DNA of 64,000 nt from Bdellovibrionota bacterium (GTDB lineage Bacteria > Bdellovibrionota_G > JALEGL01 > DATDPG01): assembly GCA_963668355.1 (NCBI GenBank), contig OY764265.1, positions 288,111 through 352,110 of the forward strand. The letters run 5' to 3'. Position numbers and translations under genes: made by a program. Below, piece after piece: positions 20,769 to 29,450 of this stretch; position 1 is the first letter of the stretch, and every line of letters begins with the position of its first letter. A model generated the notes under the pieces. It saw only the letters and a list, made by a program, of their open reading frames with translations. It was not told the origin of the DNA and searched no databases.

Positions 20769-21467
20769 ACTTGTTCCTTGGGAGCCGTGCGATGGAGCAA
20801 TGCCTCTCGTTCGAAATGAACAAGATCACCGATGTGCTCAATCGAAATATCAGCGCGCGGAAATGTGGTCACCACCTTGCGGTCGAGAGCATAATGTCCC
20901 TGGCGGGGCCAAACCGTGGTTAACCTCTCGCCCCAAAATTCCTTCATGGCTGTGAGGATTCGAAGTTTATCGTCAACCATCACGTAATGGCTCGCTGGAT
21001 AGCGCTTTTCGATTTCATCGAGCATCTGCTCTTTATGAATGTAAATCAGCACACGGCCCTCAACTGCGTCCCAGAGTCCCGATCGTTGAACCTTCCGCGG
21101 CTGGAAGACGGCGTCGCCATCGGTAAGAATGACCGTCGGTCCCCAGAGCCCAGCGCGCGTAAGAACTTTGAAAGCATCAGGGTATAAACGGTCCGCAAAG
21201 GGGTAATCCATCAGATACGAAGACATGGTCAAGAGTCGCGGGTCGAACCGTTCTTCGAGGCGGTAGCGCTGCAGAGTTCCCAGATGGTCCGAGTACCCAC
21301 ACTCAGCGTGCAACTCTTCAAAAATGGCCCAGTACCGTTCTTGAACGTCAGCCCCGAACTCATGCTCAAGATGGCTCTTAAGATCATTCTGTACGACATC
21401 GTTGTCGAGCAACGTGTTGTCAACATCGAAAAGAAATACCATGTTTTCCTTTGCCATCATCCCAGAA
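20765..21467 (-). CDS. HAD-superfamily hydrolase (phosphatase), first gene of the HAD-pgm-glgP operon
   Basis: DxDxT motif FLFDVDNTLLD near the N-terminus. The ORF-track extension LWGVEPPRSTPPSSG is translation of the upstream hairpin element and is unlikely to be real. Confidence 0.75.
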
Positions 21468-21470
21468 CTC

Positions 21471-21545
21471 GGGGGAGTGGAGCGGGGGGGCTCCACTCCC
21501 CAAAGCACAAAACTATTGTTTCGTGCTCATTTCGGGCGAAAGGAC
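21471..21545 (-). promoter_or_regulatory. structured leader element B, copy 1: an 8-bp hairpin with a (A/C)ATAG loop followed by an 11-bp GC hairpin (GGGGAGTGGAG / CTCCACTCCCC)
   Basis: About 85% identical to 27113-27186. Sits immediately 5' of the HAD start codon. Wobble and compensatory changes in hairpin 1 preserve pairing between the two copies. Confidence 0.45.
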
Positions 21546-21592
21546 AGGCGCTCCATTTCTTGAATCCAGCCAATGTATATCTTGGTACCCCA

Positions 21593-21644
21593 CCGTCGAC
21601 GATAAGGAAGTTTCTTCGTATATCATCGGAAAAAGTGACATATC
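21593..21644 (-). promoter_or_regulatory. copy 2 of the bipartite motif, upstream of element B and the HAD-pgm-glgP operon
   Basis: Sequence is ccgtcgacgataaggaagtttcttcgtatatcatcggaaaaagtgacatatc. Confidence 0.5.
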
Positions 21645-21697
21645 GAGAGGACCGGGCCTAGTGGCTTCACGGTCCTCCTGAGGTTGATATGGCCTGT

Positions 21698-22147
21698 CTA
21701 TGAGACTTTGACCTCAATCGCCTTGGGCTTGGCTTTTTCGCTCTTCATGAGCCGAACATTCAATACACCATCCTTGAACTCGGCTCGGACGTTACCTTCT
21801 TCTACATTTTCCGGCATCGTGAAGGTTCGAAGGAAGGATCCGTACAAACGCTCGACGCGATGAAACTTCTTCCCCTTCTCTTCCTTTTCCTGATTCCGCT
21901 CGCCCTGAATCCGAAGGATTCCGTTATCCACCGAAACTTTGACATCATCCTTTTTCACCTCCGGTATCTCCACTTTGAGAATGTATTCCTCCGGGTTCTC
22001 GATAATATCAACGGTCGGCGTCCAATCCGGAGCGGTAAGCATTTCTTTACCTGTTTCCGCACGAACCACGGGTCGACCAAAGGCTCGATTTAGGCGATCG
22101 TTCATTTCTTCCAATTCATGATATGGATTCCAACGAGTTAATTGCAT
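21698..22147 (-). CDS. Hsp20/alpha-crystallin family small heat-shock protein
   Basis: 149 aa, alpha-crystallin domain, ends ...AKPKAIEVKVS. Confidence 0.9.
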   Translation of the reverse strand: MQLTRWNPYHELEEMNDRLNRAFGRPVVRAETGKEMLTAPDWTPTVDIIENPEEYILKVEIPEVKKDDVKVSVDNGILRIQGERNQEKEEKGKKFHRVERLYGSFLRTFTMPENVEEGNVRAEFKDGVLNVRLMKSEKAKPKAIEVKVS

Positions 22148-22244
22148 GACGGTTCTCTTTCCTGGGCAGCTCTGTAGGAAATGAACGACCTTGGGAAGCT
22201 GCGCCTTGGCCCAGGGCCGTTCATCTTACGAGTTACGCTGTAGA

Positions 22245-22445
22245 TTATTTGGATTTGTTTGGCGTTTTTGTAACGTCGCGTTCCGCCGCGAACCAGTCCT
22301 CTTGCTCATGGCCGGATCCAAAGCCGCGCTTTTCCGCCTTGTAATAGGCATCTTTTGCCACCTTGGCGTGGCAGTCTGTATGGGTCTGACAGTCTTTTTC
22401 GTGTGGCTGCTTTGTTTTTGAGCCAGTCTTTGGTTTTGTTTTCAT
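22245..22445 (-). CDS. DUF2934-family small protein (paralog of 28888-29091)
   Basis: 66 aa. HAKVAKDAYYKAEKRGFGSGHEQEDWFAAERDV matches the DUF2934 pattern AYxxxExRGxxxGxxxxDWxxAE. SD AAAGGAG. Confidence 0.6.
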   Translation of the reverse strand: MKTKPKTGSKTKQPHEKDCQTHTDCHAKVAKDAYYKAEKRGFGSGHEQEDWFAAERDVTKTPNKSK

Positions 22446-22552
22446 GGGCTATTTCTCCTTTTGAATACGTATTTCATTCAATTTAAACATTTGTTCTCGA
22501 AATTGTTTCGCCATAGTCGAGGAAGCCTCTATTTACAGGCAACCTCAACCAC

Positions 22553-22602
22553 CAACTATGAGGAAGTTTCATCGTATAGCGTCGGAAAATACGACGTATA
22601 GA
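22553..22602 (-). promoter_or_regulatory. copy 3 of the bipartite motif (divergent region between DUF2934 and 22847)
   Basis: Sequence is accaactatgaggaagtttcatcgtatagcgtcggaaaatacgacgtatag. Shares an extended upstream box TTTACAGGCAnCnTCAAnCACC with copy 1. Confidence 0.5.
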
Positions 22603-22846
22603 ACGCCGATCACGGAGTTACAGCTCATCTCGAGAGTACTTGAGAAAAGGCATAATTGAAGGCCTTGATATCGCTTTCGGACATCTCGAGGCTATAGCTT
22701 CGTGAAACAAGATCAACTCCAACCTATCGCTTTTTACGACCCTACGCGTTTGAATTTCCAAATAGTCAATAGACCCCTGGGACACGTAAAAGGAAACCTG
22801 ACGATTGCTGTCTTATGAGACTTGTAGAAGAAAGTAGGAGTACGTT

Positions 22847-23128
22847 ATGGAAAACAAAAAAGAACACATTGGAAACATGGAAAAGAAACTCACACAATGG
22901 GGTAAAACGCTCGATGAACTCACGGCCAAGGCTGAGAAAGCCGGCGGTGATGCGAAGAGTGATTACCGCAAGGGAGTCGACGATCTAAAAGCGAAATACA
23001 AATTCACTCAAACCAAACTTGCGAAATTTAAAACCGGAAGCAGCGAAAACTGGGACACGTTCAAGACCGGGATTGAAAATGCCTGGGATGAGCTTGAAGA
23101 GACGTTCAAGAAGCTTACGAATCAGTAG
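22847..23128 (+). CDS. hypothetical small hydrophilic coiled-coil protein (93 aa)
   Basis: SD AGGAG. Lys/Glu-rich, with no TM segments. Confidence 0.5.
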   Translation: MENKKEHIGNMEKKLTQWGKTLDELTAKAEKAGGDAKSDYRKGVDDLKAKYKFTQTKLAKFKTGSSENWDTFKTGIENAWDELEETFKKLTNQ

Positions 23129-23142
23129 GGAGGAAGTGAATC

Positions 23143-23313
23143 ATGTTATGGACCCTTGCGATCCTCTTTATTCTAATTTGGGGGCTTGGCCTAGCCACCT
23201 CGTACACACTGGGTGTTTACCTTCACGTGTTGGTCGGACTGACGGTCGTGCTACTCCTACTTCGGATCATTCGGGGTGGTCGCCGCGAGGAAAAACCAAA
23301 AGTCTGTCCCTAA
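23143..23313 (+). CDS. lmo0937-like small membrane peptide (56 aa); not in the supplied ORF track because it is under 60 aa
   Basis: GGGAGGAAG SD 6 nt before the ATG. MLWTLAILFILIWGLGLATSYTLGVYLHVLVGLTVVLLLLRIIRGG matches the MLWT...IHLLLV...RG small stress membrane peptide family. Confidence 0.55.
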   Translation: MLWTLAILFILIWGLGLATSYTLGVYLHVLVGLTVVLLLLRIIRGGRREEKPKVCP

Positions 23314-23386
23314 GGTAAGCTCAGCTGTAGGCCGATGAAATCCGGATCCATGAGTATGGAAGTCGTCTTCATCACTGGTTTCGCTA

Positions 23387-24124
23387 GTGGCTATGACTAA
23401 GAAACGCAACCGGCTAAAGATGGCAACGGCTTCCTTTGTCTTTATTTTTGCGGCGCCGAATCTTGATTTTAAATCCGAGGACATCCGATCTAAGCTTCGT
23501 GAGGTACCGAACGCGACCAAACTGACCGAAATCGTCGACGCAAGAACGTTTGTGGTTGAGACGAAACCCAAATCGATGGTGGCTAGGCCGGTGGTTTTCG
23601 TCTACTTGTTGGATCATTTGGAGGAGTGTGCCACAGCGGGAAAAGCACTAGGCCTTTCCACCTATAAAGCTCGGCGGGAACCTGATCAACGACTTTTTGG
23701 TGATGACGGTCATGGGGTCTCGGGTTACTTAACCATTGTTCGAGCCGGGAACGGAGAGAGAATCATTTTTTTACAGCAAGAAATCGATGGGGTACTTACG
23801 ATCGGAGGGGAGGCGGTCATCCTGTTGACCTATCAACTCAAGGTTGGAGCCCTTTCTCCCACGGGTACCGAATATCGCTTGCGGGGTTGGATTCGTCTCA
23901 ATAATCCCATTCTGGCTTTTTTTAGTCGCATTTTTGCTGCCAGAGCCCGTCTCGTGGCGAAACGACAACTTATGCGGATGCTCGGAGTGCCTGTGGCGGT
24001 GGCCCAAGCCATTGAGAGCAATCCGGATGGAATCCTGGCAAGGCTGGAAGAGTCCTTCCCGGATGAAACCGCACCCGTGGGGCCTTTGATCAACTTGATT
24101 CGCCGTGAATACGCAAAACCATGA
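23387..24124 (+). CDS. hypothetical protein (245 aa)
   Basis: ORF with coding-like composition; no family recognised by eye. Confidence 0.4.
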   Translation: MAMTKKRNRLKMATASFVFIFAAPNLDFKSEDIRSKLREVPNATKLTEIVDARTFVVETKPKSMVARPVVFVYLLDHLEECATAGKALGLSTYKARREPDQRLFGDDGHGVSGYLTIVRAGNGERIIFLQQEIDGVLTIGGEAVILLTYQLKVGALSPTGTEYRLRGWIRLNNPILAFFSRIFAARARLVAKRQLMRMLGVPVAVAQAIESNPDGILARLEESFPDETAPVGPLINLIRREYAKP

Positions 24125-24174
24125 AACGTTCACCAGGTACATCCAACTTTGAATGCATCCAACAGGTGAACGGC

Positions 24175-24738
24175 TTAAGGCGTGGTTTTTTCGGCTGGGG
24201 CCTTGGAAGAAAGATCCTCCAAAATCGTCATTTGAAGTTCCTGAATTTCCAAAAGTCGTTGCCACTGATGAGATACCAATCGGTCGAGTTTGTCGTTGAT
24301 CACGCCAACTTCAATTTCCGTTTTTAGGTTGATGCGATAGTCATTTTCGTCACGCTGGCGATCCCGCGCTTCCAATCGATTCTGGCTCATCAAAATGATT
24401 GGGGCCTGTAGGGTGGCCAAGGCGGAAAGAATTAAATTCAAAAAGATATAAGGATAAGGATCGAAGGGGTGACGAAGAATCAGAAGAGAATTAAGCAGAA
24501 CCCATCCTAACAACACGCTGCCAAAAAGCATAAGGAAGGTCCAACTCCCTCCAAAACTGGCGACGTGATCGGCCAGACGCTCTCCAAGCTTTAGTTTTCC
24601 CTGAGATTTTTCTTCTGCATTCGACGCTGCAGTTTCTCGTTCATGCAAAGCTCGTGTCATTTCATGATTGAGTTCGGATAGTTCCTCCTTTTCTTTTCGA
24701 AGAATTTGGAGGAGTTGTTCGTTTTTGCTGGATGTCAT
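24175..24738 (-). CDS. DUF1003-family membrane protein
   Basis: DPYPYIFLNLILSALATLQAPIILMSQNRLEARDRQRDENDY is the DUF1003 signature. Confidence 0.7.
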   Translation of the reverse strand: MTSSKNEQLLQILRKEKEELSELNHEMTRALHERETAASNAEEKSQGKLKLGERLADHVASFGGSWTFLMLFGSVLLGWVLLNSLLILRHPFDPYPYIFLNLILSALATLQAPIILMSQNRLEARDRQRDENDYRINLKTEIEVGVINDKLDRLVSHQWQRLLEIQELQMTILEDLSSKAPAEKTTP

Positions 24739-25094
24739 GATGGATTGGGCTCGGCAGGGCGATGAATTGCCCTATGATTTTTGCCATCGCGTTTTCGTCC
24801 TTGCGTGTTCTCGATCAATCTGGCCAGTTTGTCGAGGGCGCCGTCAATGGCATGATCCAGAGTTGTGGCCTGATGAGTTACCGCGATGGGTTGGCTCTTC
24901 TTGAGACGCGCTTCCATCATGCACCGCTTATCGTGCGAACCGATCTTGGGACCGTTTTCGTCACTGAGGTGAATCTCCACACGGGTGATGTGTTCGCTGA
25001 AGCGGCTCAGGGTGTTTTCGACGGTGTCATGGACATAAGTGCCCAGTGCCTCGGAAACATCGATACTATGGTCAGAATTGATTAAGACTTGCAT
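24735..25094 (-). CDS. hpf: ribosome hibernation promoting factor / RaiA family protein
   Basis: MQVLINSDHSIDVSEALGTYV...ITRVEIHL...AIDGALDKLARL has the HPF/YfiA fold signature. ATGA overlap with the DUF1003 gene. Confidence 0.7.
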   Translation of the reverse strand: MQVLINSDHSIDVSEALGTYVHDTVENTLSRFSEHITRVEIHLSDENGPKIGSHDKRCMMEARLKKSQPIAVTHQATTLDHAIDGALDKLARLIENTQGRKRDGKNHRAIHRPAEPNPS

Positions 25095-25115
25095 GGGGAT
25101 CTCCTATCATGATCG

Positions 25116-27108
25116 CTACCCGGGATTAGTGGCCATCCCGTAAAGAATATGCAGAGTGAAAAGAAGGGAAATCTGTGCTTCTCGGAATAACGTTCCAAAT
25201 ACACGGTGGAGCGGAATGTGAAACCATTTTCGTTCATTCCAGCGCTTCGCCATGGCCTGCCAAAAACAATCCAGATCTTGGCGCGTGTAAACTTTGTTGA
25301 TGGACAAGGCCGGATACCACTTGGTCCAGAACAAGCGAAGTTTGGAGGGAACCTTTAGAGACGGAAGTTGCACTTTGGTGCGAAGATGGGCCAACTGGAT
25401 GTCGGCCAACTTCAAACTACCACGCGCCGTTGCACAGATTCGATTGATTTCCTGTGCAATCAATCGTTCTGCTTGCGTGGACTGGCGGGTCTGCAACCAG
25501 ACCTCTTGCATCTCTCTCACCACGCCAAACATTCGGACAAGCTGCACGGATACTTCTTTTATACGCATTTTGAAGAACTCCCACCAACCCTGCACAGGAT
25601 ATCCCGGGCGGCGATCTTTTCGCTTTTTCAACTGAAACAAACCACACATCATGGGGTGGCGTTTCTCAGTCTGGATCGAATTCTTGCACCACATGAAACG
25701 AACAAGATTGTTCCAATAATTTCGCTGCGAACTTCTTTGCAGAACCTTTTTCATGTTTTCGAGGCTGTAAAAGCTATGCCAGGCCTCGTGGTAAAGTTCC
25801 GTCCAGAGGCCATCCTTTAAATGAGGATGCCTGGTCACAGGATGATCCGAATCGTACAGATTGTAATCCGGATTCATCCATTCGCCGCGTCGAACCATTT
25901 CCATGTGGTCCTTCGAGCCGGGCAAGGGCATGAGCATGAAAAATGAGACATGATCCGGCCGAACCTCATTTTCAAGGTAGTCGAGATCTCGGCGGACCGA
26001 CTCGGGCGTATCGTTTGGGAAGCCGATGATGTAACTCGCGTGGACGGAAATCTCGCGGCTTCGGTAGGCTTCGATGAGTTGGGGGTATTCATCAACGTGG
26101 TTCTGGTTTTTTCCCGTCGCTTTGAGGTTGTCTGGATTAATGCTCTCCATGCCAATGAAGACATTGAGGCAACCGGCACGACGCGCTTTCTCGATAAAGT
26201 TTGGAATTTTCCAGGAGAGAACATCCGCCTGCATCATGAAGCTTACCGGAATCTTTTCTTTCTCTCGCAGGTGGATGAGGAGATCAAAGATCGGTTCCCA
26301 ATTTTTATTGCGAGCGAAGTTGTCATCGGTGAAGAAATAGAAGTTCACACCACGTTGGAGGTAATTGTCTCGCACGGCGGCCGCAATCCTCTCGGCCGAG
26401 CGATAGCGTACTTTCCGACCTTGCACATGGATGATCGTGCAAAAGCCGCACTCGAAGGGGCAGCCGCGGCCACAATCAATGGTACCGAAATTAGAGGCCA
26501 CAAATTTACGTAGATAGTCTTTGCGAACGATGGGCAGGGGTTGATCATAGAGATCTGGTTTGCGGCTGACAAAATCGTAGAGGGGTTCAAGGTTATCGGT
26601 GAGGGTGTCTCGAAGAAGATCCCCCCAGGTATCCTCCACCTCCCCTTTGACCACAGTGACGCCCAGATCCAAGAGTTCCTGAACCTCAGCCGGAATTTCG
26701 GGGCTGAGTTCGAGCGCGCCGCTAACGTGAAACCCGCCGATCATCACCGTAAGCCCCGCATGACGAAACTCTCGCGCCAGATCGACGGCACGGGGAAACT
26801 GATTGGTTTGAACGCCGGCGAGGCAGACCACCGTTTTCGTGTGTCGATTGCGATGCGAGCGGCAGATGCGTCCAACGGGAATATGTTCTACCGTTTCATC
26901 CAGGAGGTGAAGCTTGATTTTTAGGGATGGCCCGAACGCCTTCTTTTGCCTTAGGTCTTCGGTCAGACCGGCCAGACAGGCCAAGGTATTGCTTGGTAAT
27001 ACACCTCGCCAGTGGCGAACCACATAACCGTCGTCGTCATAACGGGAGGGTTTGATTAGGTAGAGTTGAAGCCTCTTGATTCCGGAATATGTTTTCATTG
27101 ATGAACTC
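25116..27108 (-). CDS. B12-binding domain radical SAM protein (class B, long form with a C-terminal extension)
   Basis: N-terminal cobalamin-binding Rossmann-like region, then CGRGCPFECGFC (CxxxCxxC), then a ~250-aa C-terminal domain. The start MSSSMKTYSG is at 27108 or 27096. Confidence 0.8.
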
Positions 27109-27112
27109 ATGA

Positions 27113-27186
27113 GAAAAGGGGGAGTGGAGGGGGGACTCCACTCCCCAAACACGAAACTATGGTCTCGTGCCCATTTCGGGCGATAT
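27113..27186 (-). promoter_or_regulatory. structured leader element B, copy 2, between the OmpA-like gene and the radical SAM gene
   Basis: Sequence is agggggagtggaggggggactccactccccaaacacgaaactatggtctcgtgcccatttcgggcga. In the gene orientation the GC hairpin is followed by CUUUUCUC. Confidence 0.45.
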
Positions 27187-28632
27187 GACGACATCAATTC
27201 GCCGATTCATGGCTCGGCCTTCCGTCGTGGTATTGGGCGCCACCGGTTTGGCGGGTCCGTAACCGACCGAGACGATTTGGGCATTCGTCAAGGTGCGATT
27301 GGCTAGGAAATATTCCTTCACGGCATCTGCACGGGAAAGGGACAAATGCTCGTTCATGGCGGCTGACCCGGTCGTATCCGTATGACCTTCAATGGTCACT
27401 TGCGGCTGTCCGAAGGTGCGGATGGCATGCTGCACCTTGCTTAACAGCGTGTAGTTGTCCGGCATAATTACTGATTTGCCCACCGGAAACCGCATGGCTT
27501 TGAGTCGAATCAGAAGTTGGTCGCCTTGTTTGTAGACCTCGGCATCTTTAGGGTCAAAGTACGAACGCACTTCGCCATAAAGCTTATTAAAACGCTTCTC
27601 CGCTTCCAGTCGAGCCGTGGCCTCTTGTTCGGTTTTGCTGGTGCCTTCTAACGAGGCAATTTTTTGATGAAGATCGGCGTTCGTCATTTCCTGACTCGTG
27701 GTTTTTTCGGCTAGATACATCCGGTCTTTTTGTAGGCCGACAATCGTTCCGTTGATATTTTCCACTTGCGTCTTGAATGTCTGGTTACGCATGTCGGGGG
27801 CAAATAACGTGTTCGCAATTTGGGTCAGCATGTTTTCCATCCAAATCGCCGATTGTTCCGGCGATTTCTTGCGCAGGGCCACGCTTTGGTCGAGCATGTA
27901 TTTCAAACGTTCGGCGTGAAAGATCGCTTCGTTGGCTTTCTTAAGCATTTCCTCTCGGTTGTATCGATTTTGGGAAATGAACGAATCGGCTTCAGCCAAC
28001 TTCTTCTTGGCGAGAGCTAACGTTTCCGGCACCACCTTCTTAGCCTCTCGTTTTTCGGCCTCACCGATAAGGTCACGGGCTTGGCCGAGAGCCTTTTCTT
28101 TAATGGCTCGAAGTTCGAGGTTGCGAAAGCTTTGGGTGACGCGAGGTTGGTTGTTTTTAGCCCATTCGAGATTGTTGTCTTCAATTTCTTTGGTCAGTTT
28201 TTGAAAACTGGCTTCGGCTGCGTCATAGTCTTTACCGAGCGAAGGCGCTCCAGCCGCTTGGGCGTCGTCGCGTGCGGCGATCACGTTTGGCAACGCGGTT
28301 CGGGCCACTCTGGCCATTTCATTGGCTTGCTTAAGCTCTGCCCGTCCCTGACTGACCTCGGCAAAGATGTCATCGAGGCTGCTTCCTTTTTTCTGAAGCT
28401 GCTTGGCCTTAGCTAGTGACGCTTCGGCTTTGGTATATGAAGTGGGCGCAAGTACATTTACTTTCTCGGTTCGTGCCTGATGGACAGCCGTATCCAAAGA
28501 AGAAATTTGTTCGCTGGGATTTGCGGTGGAGGAAATTTTGGTCACATTCAGACTTTTTCCTCCGCAACTCATCAACACGAGAGATGCAAAAAGCATCATC
28601 GTGCGGTTAAAAAGCTGGGTTTTCATGGTCAT
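27157..28632 (-). CDS. OmpA-family lipoprotein with a long coiled-coil region
   Basis: Lipobox LVLMSCGG, about 330 aa of coiled coil, and a C-terminal OmpA domain (GHTDTTGSAAMNEHLSLSRADAVKEYF...NRRIDVVI). Confidence 0.8.
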   Translation of the reverse strand: MTMKTQLFNRTMMLFASLVLMSCGGKSLNVTKISSTANPSEQISSLDTAVHQARTEKVNVLAPTSYTKAEASLAKAKQLQKKGSSLDDIFAEVSQGRAELKQANEMARVARTALPNVIAARDDAQAAGAPSLGKDYDAAEASFQKLTKEIEDNNLEWAKNNQPRVTQSFRNLELRAIKEKALGQARDLIGEAEKREAKKVVPETLALAKKKLAEADSFISQNRYNREEMLKKANEAIFHAERLKYMLDQSVALRKKSPEQSAIWMENMLTQIANTLFAPDMRNQTFKTQVENINGTIVGLQKDRMYLAEKTTSQEMTNADLHQKIASLEGTSKTEQEATARLEAEKRFNKLYGEVRSYFDPKDAEVYKQGDQLLIRLKAMRFPVGKSVIMPDNYTLLSKVQHAIRTFGQPQVTIEGHTDTTGSAAMNEHLSLSRADAVKEYFLANRTLTNAQIVSVGYGPAKPVAPNTTTEGRAMNRRIDVVISPEMGTRP

Positions 28633-28726
28633 GTTCCTTTCGGCACACCGAAACCTGGAAAAACAATTTTTTCAGGGAGAGGTGCTCCATTTTGTGAATC
28701 GACTAAACGTATATCTTGATCCCAGG

Positions 28727-28780
28727 CCGTCGACGATAAGGAAGTTTCAGCCCACTATGTCGAAAAAACCGACCTATTCA
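28727..28780 (-). promoter_or_regulatory. copy 4 of the bipartite motif, upstream of the OmpA-like gene
   Basis: Sequence is ccgtcgacgataaggaagtttcagcccactatgtcgaaaaaaccgacctattc. Embedded in a ~150-bp segment duplicated from the hsp20 3' region. Confidence 0.5.
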
Positions 28781-28887
28781 AAAGGGCCGTGAAAAACGGG
28801 TCTTGCCCGGCCCTCATTGGGTGGATAAGGCCTATCTAAGAGACTGTGGTTTTACCGGCTTTGGGTTTGGCTTCTTAGTCAGGAAAA

Positions 28888-29091
28888 CTATTTTAAGAGG
28901 ATTCCCTTTTTCGTGATGGCACGTTCCGCGGTGAGCCAGTCTTCTAACTCACGGCCGCCGGCAAAACCGCGGTTTTCCGCTTCAAAGTAGGCAGCTTTCG
29001 CGATCTTCGCGTGGTCATCAGCTTGCGTTAGGTTGGCTCGGCCTTTGGTTGAGTTGTTTGTTTTCGCTTCGTTTTTTCGTTTTATATACAT
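28888..29091 (-). CDS. DUF2934-family small protein (paralog of 22245-22445)
   Basis: HAKIAKAAYFEAENRGFAGGRELEDWLTAERAI. Confidence 0.55.
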   Translation of the reverse strand: MYIKRKNEAKTNNSTKGRANLTQADDHAKIAKAAYFEAENRGFAGGRELEDWLTAERAITKKGILLK

Positions 29092-29106
29092 AGACGCCTC
29101 TTCTTT

Positions 29107-29310
29107 TTACGAATGTTGGGTTGTGGGTAAGGGAAGGATTTCAGAAACCTTAACGGCTTTTTCGTTCTGGTCAGGATTCTTGATTGATGCTGTATCGGGA
29201 GTTCTGGTCATAGAAGTATGACTTTTCGCCACACCAGGCCAAGTGTCGGCCAAAGCTAATTGCACGTTGCGTGCGGCCGTTAGTGCCGGCAATGTAAATA
29301 TTTCTTTCAT
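29107..29310 (-). CDS. hypothetical small protein (67 aa)
   Basis: Strong SD GGAGGAAACT immediately before the ATG. Divergent from the LysR gene; motif copy 5 lies about 90 bp upstream. Confidence 0.45.
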   Translation of the reverse strand: MKEIFTLPALTAARNVQLALADTWPGVAKSHTSMTRTPDTASIKNPDQNEKAVKVSEILPLPTTQHS

Positions 29311-29390
29311 AGTTTCCTCCGTTTAGGGACGGGTTGCGCTCGTGTCAAACGTGATCTGAGCTAGGAGATGATTCATACATTCCAAACAAT

Positions 29391-29445
29391 CTGGCGACTA
29401 TTCGGAAGTTTAAGTGTGCATTGTCGAAAAAAACGACGTATAGCA
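29391..29445 (-). promoter_or_regulatory. copy 5 of the bipartite motif (LysR / small-ORF divergent region)
   Basis: Sequence is ctggcgactattcggaagtttaagtgtgcattgtcgaaaaaaacgacgtatagc. Confidence 0.45.
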
Positions 29446-29450
29446 GGGGC

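Noticed and set aside
25950-26513. 187-aa plus-strand ORF
   Set aside because: It is antisense to the radical SAM gene.
27113-27186. Cobalamin riboswitch in front of the B12-dependent radical SAM gene
   Set aside because: No B12-box (GCCACTG-like) or the expected multi-stem architecture is visible. The element is only about 75 nt and is shared with a non-B12 operon.
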